DNA of 60,249 nt, counting the filler, from Callorhinchus milii (Eukaryota), in the NCBI RefSeq assembly GCF_018977255.1. It is 2 parts of 2 records of this genome, joined end to end, with 100 filler letters (N's around TTAATTAATTAA, not from the genome) between each part and the next. Parts side by side here need not be neighbours in the genome. Positions count along the whole stretch, not along the records: positions 30,244 to 60,249 come from NW_024705636.1; 1 more part is not named here. The stretch is one strand, 5' to 3'. Made by a program: the position numbers and the translations under genes. The notes below the pieces were generated by a model. That model saw nothing but the letters and a program-made list of their open reading frames with translations, was not told where the DNA came from and did not search any database. Of this stretch, positions 50,600 to 60,249 are shown piece after piece (within the stretch, counting starts at the first letter, position 1; each line of letters begins with the position of its first letter).

Positions 50600-53500
50600 A
50601 ATCTTCACCCTTGGGGCTCCTCCAGAAACAACCGCCTGGATCACTGTGGCATTCAGGAGGTCCGGTGGACCGGTCCTGGCTCCTGCCACCATGAGGGGTG
50701 GACAGTCCTCTACTCGGGGCAGGAGACTGCCAAACAACAGGGTGTGGCTCTTCTTCTGAACAAAAGAATGAAGGGGGCGTGGGAGCGTGGCGGTGAGGTG
50801 TGGGAAGCTGTAAGCCCCAGGCTACTGTGGGCTCGCCTTCCCATCAACCGGAGACGAGGAGTGGTGGTCGTGGTTACTTATGCCCCCACCGAAGACGAAC
50901 ATCCGTGGAGGGATGCAGGCAAAGCCGATGAGTCAGATGCCTTCTATGACCTCCTGTCACAGGTGCTGGCTAAAGTGGCACTCGGGATAGAGTCATCTTG
51001 TTGGGTGACTTCAATGCCGAGTTGGTCATGATGCTGGCACCTGGTCTGGAGTGATTGGAAGGCATGGGCCAGATCAGCTCAATAACAACGGTAGGAGGCT
51101 GCTAGATTTTTGTGCAGCCCATGGGCTTGTAATTACCAACACGCTCTTCCGGCATCGGCGCATCCACACAACATCATGGATGCATGCCGGGTCCAAGCAA
51201 GAACATCTGCTGGACTACATAGTGACGGACCAGCGGATGCGAGCCCATGTCCTTGACACCAGGACCTACCGTGGAGCTGATCTGCCCTCTGACCATCGAC
51301 TAGTCATCTGTAAGATGCGCCTGCCATTCTTCCACTCCGGTGGTGGGTGTACACCCAGGACCCCATTCCAACCTAAAGTGGCCTGGTCTCAGCTGATGAA
51401 AGTTGCAAGCGAGAATTTCATCATCGCTTGCAGCTGGGGTTGGCATCGTCCCCACTCCTCCTGATGTCGAGGGTAAATGGGCGAGGTTTAGGACTGTGAC
51501 TCATGCAGCTGCAATGGCTGCTTTGGGTACGCGGTCCAGACCTCCCAGAGACCCTGGCTGACAGAGGAGGTGTTCAGGATAGTTGAGAAAAAGCGACAGG
51601 CCCACTCTCATCGTCGACAGCATCCCACGTCAGAGAATGAGGAGGCTTACCGCAGCCTTCGCTCGGAGGTTCGGAGAGCCGTGAGGCGCTGCAAGGATGG
51701 GTGGTGGTCGGGTTGCTGAGGAGATGGAGTCTGCCTCAGTGGCCGCGATCACAAATCACTATTTAACTCCATCAAAAAAGTAACCTGCAGCGCCACACCT
51801 ATTACCATCATTAGGGGAAAAAACGGTGATCCAATCTCCGACCCCCAGGAACAGGTTTGCAGATTTGCTGAGCATTTCTGTGAGGTCCTGGGGGAGGGGA
51901 AATCCCTCAGCCAGGAAAACATCATGGCACAAAGTGGGGATAACCCTGCTGAGGCTGCGGTGCCTCAAATATTGGAAGAAGTCACCCCCTGTGAGTGGCT
52001 GGCTGAGGTGCCATCTGTTGAGGAAGTACTGAAGGCGATCCAGAGTCTGAGACCAGGAAAGGCACCGGGCAGAGATGATCTCCCAAGCGAAATGCTGAGG
52101 GAGGGTGGCGTTTGTGCACAGACTGCCCTACATGACATAACAAAGTCTGGACCACTGGACGGGTTCCGCAGGATTGGAAGGATGCCCTGGTGGTCCCCCT
52201 CTTTAAGAAGGGGGACCGCACAGACTGTAACAACTACAGGGGCATCTCACTCCTCAGTGTGCCGGGAAAGGTCCTGGCAAGGATTATTCAACATCGCCTT
52301 GCTAGGCACGCTGAGGAGAGGCTTGCGGAGCCCCAATGCGGTTTCAGGAAAGGGCGGTCCTGCACAGATGCCATATTTTCTGTCGTCTGCTACAGCAGAG
52401 GTGTAGGGAATTCCAACAAGACCTACATCTCTGCTTTATTGACCTGGTCAAGGCCTATGATACCATCAGTAGGCCTGGGCTCTGGGTTGTTCTTCGTGCT
52501 TTCGGAGTCCCTGACCTCTGCTCACGATCATTAAGGACCTTCATGATGGTGAGCGGCCCGGGTAAAACTACGTGGCCGGGAGTCAGAGCCATTCCCTGTT
52601 CACTTGGGGTGCGACAGGGATGTCCTCTGGCTCCCACATTATTTAACATCTATTTCGACCACGTAGTTCGTGAAGCCTTCATAGCTGTACCGGAGGAATT
52701 TCCATCTGGTACAGATACAATGGGAGGCTGATCGATGCCCGGGTGCGGTCAAGGGATGGCTCCCTATTGGTCAACCATGTTATGTATGCCGATGATCTGG
52801 TAATTGCTGCTCACTCAGAGGAGGAGTTGGAGGCGCTGCTGCTGAACTGGAGCTTGCCACTAAGAGGTGGGGCCTTACCATCAGCCCCACCAAAACTAAG
52901 CACCTGCCTGGGTATTTTGTACCATCGGACACTCCACCCCCACAACTCCCATCTGGTGATGGGCAGTTGTGGAGAGAGTGGAGAGTTTCCCATACCTGGG
53001 CAGTGTGCTCATGACCGGCTCCGGTTTGACAGCAGAGGTCTCACTCCGAATCAGTCGAGCGGCATTATCTTTCATCGGTTGCGTAACGCTGTGTGGAAGC
53101 TACCTGGTCTGTCGCTCCGCACGAAGCTTCAGGTCTTCTCGGCCACAGTCATTCCCTCCTTCTCTACGCTTGCGAAACGTGGACCCCCCTAATGGAACAT
53201 CTTCGCCGGTTAGAAACATTTAGGCTGGCCTGCCTACGATCCATCCTGGGTTTAACCAGGCTGGATTGTGTGAGGAGCTCACAATCCTTGAAAGATCTGG
53301 ACAAGTCCCATCGGTGAGCTCCTCGGCAGGCAAGGCTGCGTTGGCTGGGTCATGTAGCCCGCATGCCCAGCCACCGCATGCCTAAACAGCTTTTGTTCGG
53401 CCGGATGAGGGGGCTAAACGGGCGCGCACGGGCTAGAGAAGAGATGGAGTGATGTGGTACAGGAGGACGTGGAGCTGAGTGGACTTGCCGATGACTGGTA

Positions 53501-53833
53501 CCAGCGGTGTCAAGATCGGCCTCTGTGGAGGAGGCTCGTGAAGGACGCTACTGGGCAGTTGGAGGCAGTCGCCCTCCAACAACAACGGAGGGCAGAGGAG
53601 CGACGCTCACAACAACGAGCGGAGCGCCGGGTGGCTAAAGCACAGCAAGTTGGCACAGTAGGGGGCACAGGTGGTGCATCAGCCAGTCATCTCAGTCAGT
53701 CGACCCGTGGCACCTGGGTCTGCCCCGTGACCTCCTCGACACTTCACGTGGCCTCAAGGTGCACATGGCCTGGCACAAGCGTCGTGGTGACGTCACCGCC
53801 ACTTAGTGGCGAATGGCGGTTGTTGTTGTTGTT
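50600..53833 (+). mobile_element. RTE-type LINE with APE endonuclease and RT, many frameshifts
   Basis: GIQEVRW, YAPT, NNNGRRLLDFC, LDYIV, SDH (APE). YRGISLLS, GVRQG, YADD (RT). (TTG)n tail at 53820-53833. Confidence 0.92.
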
Positions 53834-54095
53834 CTAGATTTGAAGCTTTCGTGACTGCAAGGATTCATACTCTTAGTTTTTTCGGTAAAGTCACCATGTA
53901 GGTAGAAAATGAAATAAAAATAAAAATAAAATAAAAATCACGACGTTTTGGAGGCATCTGGTGGGACCGTCACAGCCAGACTTGCTGTATCAAGTGAGGC
54001 AGGGATTCCAAGATGCAAGTTCTTAACTTGTATTTAAGATTTTTATTATTTTTTATTAATTTTAATTAAATTTTTTACCTACGTGACTTTACTGA
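53834..54095. mobile_element. Penelope terminal fragment with inverted copy and deleted hammerhead
   Basis: Matches 9676-9870. The inverted ctacgtgactttac lies at ~54080. Confidence 0.7.
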
Positions 54096-54166
54096 GAAAA
54101 CGACGAGTATGTTGTTGTTGTTGTTGAGTGGGTAGATGTGCGTGCGGGTGGGTGTCGTCGCTGCAC

Positions 54167-54258
54167 CTTCTTAGAGGTGAGGTACTCCATGCCGCGTGCC
54201 ACCTGGCAGGCGAAGGCCACCAGCTGCAGCATGGAGAGCGTTTCGCCCTTCACCTCGT

Positions 54259-54289
<31 letters not shown>

Positions 54290-54423
54290 ACCGCCATCAC
54301 CGCCACCACCGCCGGCTCCGTAGCCGCCACGCACCGTGCACTCTGCGCCGGGCGTGCGGTGTGCACGCAGGAAGTCGCGCAGATTCCCCTTGGCCGCAAA
54401 CTCAACGATCATGAGCAGGGGGC
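54167..54423 (-). CDS. FGFR: FGFR-like kinase exon with kinase insert (poly-Gly)
   Basis: cag|GPLLMIVEFAAKGNLRDFLRAHR...(G)n...LVAFACQVARGMEYLTSKK|gtgcag. Confidence 0.95.
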
Positions 54424-55338
54424 CTGGGGGAGTTGGGGGGGGAGGGGCACAGTGAGATGTTAACTATCTCGCCTGGTCTACAGGAGGTCGCGAGTTCAAT
54501 TCCAACTCTGACGATGCCTGCTGCTGCTGCTGCTGTATATGTGGAGTCTGTGTGTCTCTTTATCATCATCACGGTGGCTATGCGATGTTAACTACCTCGC
54601 CTGGTACGCAGGAGGTCGTGCGTTCGATCCAGATGGATTTTTATTTCCCCCGTGTCCTACGGTTTTTCCCCTTTTCACATTTTGGAATCGACATCGCTAC
54701 TAATGTCCACCAGCAATCGTCCGTGATGGCCAGGTGGCTTCCGGAACAAGAGTAACGCAGCTCGAGGGGGGGGGGGGTCTTGCCTGACGACATACAAACT
54801 GGTGAGCAGCGGCGGGCAAGTCGCTCTCAACAGCAAACGTCACTGGGGCTGCCGCTGTCAAGCAAAGCGGCTTGAGCTGCCGTGAGTGGCGGCGGCGGCG
54901 CCAGGGGTCGCTTCTGAAGAGGAGCCGTACAGGCAGCGGAGTGCAGGCCTTGCCTGCTGCTCGAGTTGTCTACAAGTTCGTGTTGGTTTCATTGGCTTCG
55001 AAATAGAGAGGGGGACGGGGGAGGTGCAATGATCACAATCCCGGTTCTTTAGAAGCCGAGTCACCAAGAAGACGACCCAACTCTCGGCTTTGCCAACATC
55101 ACTCGCGAAGCCAAATTAGTCCACAAGGTGAAGAGTTCATCGCCATCACGAGGGAGGGGGGCTGCTCACCCCCCCACTCACCACCCCCCCACACTCACCA
55201 CCCCCACTCACCACCCACACTCACCACCCACGCTCACCACCCCCCCGCTCACCACCCCCCACACTCACCACCCACGCTCACCACCCCCCACACTCACCAC
55301 CCACGCTCACCACCCCCCTCACCCCCCCCCACGCTCAC

Positions 55339-55449
55339 CGCCCCGTGTGCATGCGCCCAGCAGGTTCACCAGGTGGCTGTGCCGTCCGATCTTCTTGAGG
55401 GTCTCCAGCTCCGCGTGGAGGTCGTGGGTCTCCGCTTCCGTGGCGTGCG
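55339..55449 (-). CDS. FGFR: FGFR-like kinase exon (alphaC), 111 nt
   Basis: HATEAETHDLHAELETLKKIGRHSHLVNLLGACTRG|gtgagc. Confidence 0.95.
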
Positions 55450-55501
55450 CTGGGCTCGCACGCCGCACGTCCGGACGCAAATTAAAAACAAACTCTTCTA
55501 G

Positions 55502-55830
55502 CGGTAAAGTCACCACGTAGAATGGAAATAATAAAATAATAAAACATAATTAAATAATAAAACATAATTTAGTAATACAAATAAAACATAATAAAATGCA
55601 ATTCTCACGACGTTTCGGCCACAATGCAAGCAGCCATCAGGTGAACAACAGGTCTGTCTTTCCGACAGACCTGGTCTTCACCTGAGGACGGCTGCTTGCG
55701 TTGTGGCCGAAACGTCGTGAGAATTGTATTTCATTGTTTTATTTTTATTCTTTCATTATTTCCCTTCTACGTGACTTTACCGAAAGAACCAAGAAGATGA
55801 ATCCCTGCAGTCACGAAAGCTTTACATCGA
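55502..55830. mobile_element. Penelope-derived fold-back (two inverted termini) in FGFR intron
   Basis: 55502-55658 versus 55664-55782 inverted, with central hairpin CAGGTCTGTC-TTTCC-GACAGACCTG. Confidence 0.8.
55677..55721 (+). ncRNA. Minimal hammerhead ribozyme motif (antisense to FGFR)
   Basis: UUCAC-CUGAGGA-C-GGC...GCC-GAAAC-GUC-GUGAG. Confidence 0.65.
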
Positions 55831-55889
55831 AATGTAAACTTGTAGCGATCGCCCCACAAACTCCTAGGTCTAGAACCCGCGGGCGTCAC

Positions 55890-56011
55890 CCTTCAGCATC
55901 TTGACGGCGACGCGGACGCTGCGGTGAGGCCGTGACGGCTCCATGCCCAGCGCCTCGGCCAGCAGCACGCGGCCAAAACAACCCTCACCCAGCTGCTCAC
56001 CCAGAGTCAGC
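55890..56011 (-). CDS. FGFR: FGFR-like kinase first exon (Gly loop, VAVK), 122 nt
   Basis: [40 protein letters not shown]|gtgacg. Confidence 0.95.
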
Positions 56012-56014
56012 CTG

Positions 56015-56570
56015 CACACACAGACACACACACAGACACACACCACAGACACACACACAGACACACACAGACACACACACACAGACACACACACAGACGC
56101 ACACAGACACACACACATACATACACACACACACACACAGACACACACACACAGACACACACAGACACACAAACACACAGACACACACAGATACACACAG
56201 ACACAGATACACTCACAGACAGACACACACACAGATACACAGACACACACACAAACACACACACACAGATACACAGACACACACACACAGACACACACAC
56301 AGACAAACACACACACACAGATACACAAACACACAGACAGACACAGATACACAGACAGACACACACAGACACACAGACACGCGCGCAGACACAGACACGC
56401 ACAGACACAGAGACATAAAGACACAAGCACAGACACAGAGAGACACAGAGACAGACACAGAGGCACACGCACACAGAGACATGCACAGACACAGAGACAC
56501 AGACACAGAGCCACACACACAGACACAGACACAGACACAGAGACACGCACAGACCACACAGACACACACA
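56015..56570 (+). repeat. (CA)n-type microsatellite (another at 56870-57210)
   Basis: Directly visible. Confidence 0.95.
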
Positions 56571-56870
56571 AGACAAGATAAAGATCCCCCGTATAGCCTT
56601 AACAGACTGTAGGGCAAGTGCTGTTAGCGAGCACCTATGAAGGCCGGCACGGCACACGAGGGGGTGGGTGGCCAGCACCACGCCCGGCCGCCTTTGTCTC
56701 CCTAGTGGCGATGTTTACACACCGCACCAGGTACTCATTTGAGGCTGAGTCGACCTAGGGGAGGCCCAGGACCGGTTCAGATAATCGTCACTGGTGTTGG
56801 CCGTGAGCGGGAATCGAACTCGGTCGCCGGGTTCGTAGCGCAGCGTAGCGCTAACCGCTACACCACCACT
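56570..56870 (-). mobile_element. tRNA-derived SINE family 2, near full length
   Basis: Minus strand: TGGTGTAGCGGTTAG (A box), GAGTTCGATTCCC (B box), core TAGGTCGACTCAGCCTCAAATGAGTACC. Confidence 0.8.
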
Positions 56871-57270
56871 CCCACACACACACACACATATACACTCACA
56901 TATACACAGACACACACATATACACACATATACACAGACACACACATATACACAGACACACACACAGATACACAGACACACATACACAGACACACACACA
57001 TATACACACACACACACATACATAGACACACACACATATACACACATATACACAGACACACACACATATACACAGACCCACAGACACATACACAGACATA
57101 TACACAGACACACAAACATATACAGACACAGACATATACACAGACACACAGACATATACACACATATACACAGACACACAGACATATACACAGACACACA
57201 CATATACACAACAACGACGACAACAACGATGACAACAACGATGATGACGACGACAATGATGATGACGAAC

Positions 57271-57346
57271 CGTTTCCGAGGGAACTCCCAGCGGTCGCAC
57301 GGCCCGTCACCCCCGACAGCTCCACGCCGCTCAGCGCGGACAGCAC
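57271..57346 (-). CDS. FGFR: FGFR-like juxtamembrane exon (apparent 1-nt frameshift)
   Basis: cag|VLSALSGVELS.. then GDGPCDRWEFPRK(R)|gttcgt. It is 76 nt where the phases require 77. Confidence 0.75.
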
Positions 57347-57635
57347 CTGGGGCGGCACCACAACCACCACCACCATCATCACCACCACCACCTCCACCAC
57401 CTCCACCATCACCACCACCACAACCACCACCGCTACCACCGCCACCTCCATCACCACCACCGCCACCTCCACCACCACCTTCACCACCTCCACACCACCT
57501 CAACCACCACCACCTCCACTACCACCACCTCCACTACCACCACCTCCGCCACCACCACCACCACCTCCACCACCGCCACCTCCGCCACCACCACCTCCAC
57601 CACCTCCACCACCTCCACCACCACCTCAACTGCAC

Positions 57636-57775
57636 CTGCATCTCCCCCTCTCCGCTGGTCGACCCTCTCCTCCTCCGCGTGAGGCCGGTGACGGCTCCGA
57701 CGGCGATCAGCAGCAGGAGGGCGGCGGCGCAAGAACCGCCGCCCACTCTCACGGGAGCAGCCAGGGCGGTGTCCA
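57636..57775 (-). CDS. FGFR: FGFR-like transmembrane exon
   Basis: cag|(V)DTALAAPVRVGGGSCAAALLLLIAVGAVTGLTRRRRGSTSGEGEMQ|gtgcag: hydrophobic stretch plus basic stop-transfer, phase 1 to 0. Confidence 0.7.
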
Positions 57776-57787
57776 CTGTCACAGGGA

Positions 57788-58128
57788 GACAGGCGAGGTA
57801 GTCAACATCTCATAGCCACCGTGATGAGAGAGACACGCAGACTCCAAATATACAGCAGCAGCAGGCATCGTCAGGGTCAGGATTGAACCCACGACCTCCT
57901 GTAGACCAAGCGAGGTAGTCAACATCTCATAGCCACCGTGATGATGAGAGAGAGAGATCGAACCCACGACCTCCTGCAGACCAGGCGAGGTAGTCGACAT
58001 CTAGCCACCGTGATGATGAGAGAGAGAGAGAGACGCAGACTCCAAATATACAGCAGCAGCAGGCATCGTCAGGGTCGGGATCGAACCCACGATCTCGTGC
58101 AGAGCAGGCGAGGCAGTCGACATCTCAC
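57788..58128 (-). mobile_element. Tandem V-SINE 5' fragments filling an FGFR intron (similar tandem at 39335-39623)
   Basis: Repeated ACGGTGGCTATGAGATGT..CTACCTCGCCTG..CAGGAGGTCGTGGGTTC. Confidence 0.75.
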
Positions 58129-58288
58129 CAGCCGGCGTCTCGCCCGGCACGACGAGGAGCCATGCGGAGCGGTGAGTGAACCCCGCGGCGTTGCCCGCCA
58201 GGCAGGTGTAGCGGCCCGAGTCGTCCGTGCTGACGTTGCGCAGGTAGAGCACGTCCGTCTCGACGTCCGTCACCTCCACGCCCACCGT
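58129..58288 (-). CDS. FGFR: FGFR-like Ig3 second-half exon (IIIc type)
   Basis: aag|[49 protein letters not shown]..|gtgaga. Confidence 0.92.
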
Positions 58289-58579
58289 CTTGAGGCGACA
58301 CGGCGGGCGGCGCGGAGAGAGCGAGCGAATCAGCATCTTGTTTGTATACCCACGACGCAGGCTGCTGTGCGGGGTAGGGGTGATTTGGGTTGGAGCGTCG
58401 CATGTAAGCGTTGTGTCGTCGAGCTCGCCACCGCCCGACATGGCCAACGAGTAAGATTCAGTGTCACGTGAACAAGTTTAAAATTTATTTATTTATTAGC
58501 TGCCAGCGGTAAGTACCCGGCGAAGCGGTGGCTTCTGGGTCCTGTTGTTTAGAGGGTGACGTCAGCCTCCGCTGAGTTT

Positions 58580-59095
58580 GGGTGAGTGAGTGGGTGAGTG
58601 GGTGGGTGAATGAGTGGGTGGGTGGGTGAGTGGATGAGTTAAAAGGTGGGTGAATGAGTGGGTGGGTGACTGGGTGGGTTAGTGGGTAAGTGAATGAGTG
58701 GGTGAGTAGGTGGGTGGGTGGGTGAATGAGTGGGTGAGTAGGTGGGTGGGTGGGTGACTGGGTGAGTGAGTTAGTAGGTGGGTGGGTGGGTGAATGAGTG
58801 GGTGACTGACTGGGTGGGTGGGTGAATGAGTGGGTGAGTAGGTGACTGGGTGGGTGAGTTAGTGGGTGGGTGGGTGACTGGGTGAATGAGTGGGTGAGTG
58901 GCTGAGTAGGTGGGTGGGTGGGTGACTGGGTGGGTGAATGAGTAGGTGGGTGAGTGGGTGGGTGACTGGGTGGGTGAATGAGTGGGTGAGTAGGTTGGTG
59001 GGTGAGTTAGTGGGTGGGTCGGTGGGTGACTGGGTGGGTGAGTGAGTTAGTGGGTGAGTGGGTGGGTGAGTGAGTGGGTGGGTGAGTGGGTGGGT
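58580..59095 (+). repeat. (GGGT/GAGT)n tetranucleotide repeat
   Basis: Directly visible; fills most of the IIIa-IIIc intron. Confidence 0.95.
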
Positions 59096-59118
59096 GCCTC
59101 CGTGCCTCGCCCGCTCAC

Positions 59119-59333
59119 CGTGAGGATGTGCACGTAGGGTGAGCCATTGGGTGCCTCGAGGCTGCCATTCACCTCCACGTGCTTGAGCCACTGCACGTGG
59201 TGGTGCAGCTGCTGACTGCTGCCGCCAGCGCTCTGCAGGACGACGCAGCGGATCTCCACGTCGCTCCCCTCCGCCGCCGTTACGTTCGCCGGGAGGCCAT
59301 CCTGCAGCGACGGCCGCTGGGGCTGGCCACGCT
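59119..59333 (-). CDS. FGFR: FGFR-like Ig2-Ig3 linker and Ig3a exon
   Basis: ERGQPQRPSLQDGLPANVTAAEGSDVEIRCVV...VQWLKHVEVNGS..PNGSPYVHILT|gtgagc. Confidence 0.93.
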
Positions 59334-59639
59334 CTGCACGCCGGGAGGGGCGGGAGGGGGAGGGGGGAGAGGAGAGGGAGGGAGGGGAGGAAAAAAAATT
59401 ACGAAATGATGAACGAAGCAAAGTGCCGATTACACCGAGCATCTTGTTTCCACTGATCGTAGAATAAAAAGAGAAAAAAAGGGGAGGGGGAGATGATAGG
59501 GAGAGGGGAGATGGAGGGGTGAGAGGAGGGGGAGGGGAGGGGAGAGGGGGGAGGGGGAAAGGGAGGGGAGAGGGAGGGGAAGAGAGTGGAGGGGGGAGGG
59601 GGAGAGTGGAGGGGGGGAGAGTGGAGGGGGGGTCACCAC

Positions 59640-59763
59640 CGATGACGACGAGCTGGTACGAGTGCTGGATGGAGCCGTGCTGGTTGCTGACCACACAGCT
59701 GTAGTTGCCCGCGTCAGAGGGCACCACGCTGTCCAGCACCAGCGTCCAGTCCTTGATCCTCAG
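59640..59763 (-). CDS. FGFR: FGFR-like Ig2 second-half exon (upstream exons lie outside the window)
   Basis: aag|LRIKDWTLVLDSVVPSDAGNYSCVVSNQHGSIQHSYQLVVI. Donor at 59640 or 59637. Confidence 0.93.
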
Positions 59764-60249
59764 CTTCAACAGCAGCAGCAGCACAACAACAACAACATTA
59801 TACACACACACACACATCGCCATTGTCTTACACACTGCTTGGTCCACACCAAAGCGTCGGACCAGACAATGCCACTCCCAGGACCATGTCGAGTAGCTCG
59901 TGGCTGCTTCCTGGACGGCGTGACAAATATAACAAGAGGCCGTCCACCCTTTCACCCGGCCATCAAACAGTTTGTACTATGAGACATCTCCTTTGCCAGT
60001 GGCAAAATAATGTAATAGGTTTTTACCCTTTCAACTGGTACAAAAACTGACACCTTTATACAAGGCATCATGTTTGCAATAATACACAACACAAGCAGTC
60101 AAAATGCAAACAAAAAGAAACAGCTCTGATGATGATATGCACTGTCCTTGAAGTTGATTGGTCCACACCCGAGACAGCTTTTCTTAGAGCCCAGTCTCAC
60201 CCTGGTGTTGGACCAGACGACGCCAAAAGTTTGTGTCAAGATGTGAAGC

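Noticed and set aside
56800..56870. Functional tRNA genes at SINE heads
   Set aside because: Incomplete cloverleaf and continuity with SINE bodies found repeatedly in the window.

Overview
Repeat-rich vertebrate genomic DNA, most likely lamprey (inferred from GC-rich exons, V-SINE-type and other tRNA-derived SINEs, and abundant microsatellites). An artificial 100-bp spacer (N44-TTAATTAATTAA-N44, 30144-30243) splits the window, so the two halves may not be adjacent in the genome. The left half is a tandem TRIM locus: one RING-B1-B2 exon and two duplicated PRY-SPRY terminal exons, each behind a 30-bp minisatellite. It also holds a Penelope-like retroelement with an intact RT/GIY-YIG ORF and a hammerhead ribozyme motif, and a decayed LTR retrotransposon with apparent IN-RT-RNaseH (Gmr1-like) order. 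The right half has 12 minus-strand exons of a divergent FGF receptor (Ig2 to kinase end; DFG changed to DLG, poly-Gly kinase insert, very short juxtamembrane region, single IIIc-type exon). Its introns contain an inverted pair of RTE-type LINEs, a solo LTR, fold-back elements with hammerhead motifs, and SINEs. Two blocks (about 19639-28160 and 39654-44744), each starting right after exactly 30 Ns, look statistically random and are probably filler rather than biology. I found no convincing wholly new biological system. The best leads are the dispersed hammerhead motifs, the atypical FGFR and the inverted LINE pair around its catalytic exons.
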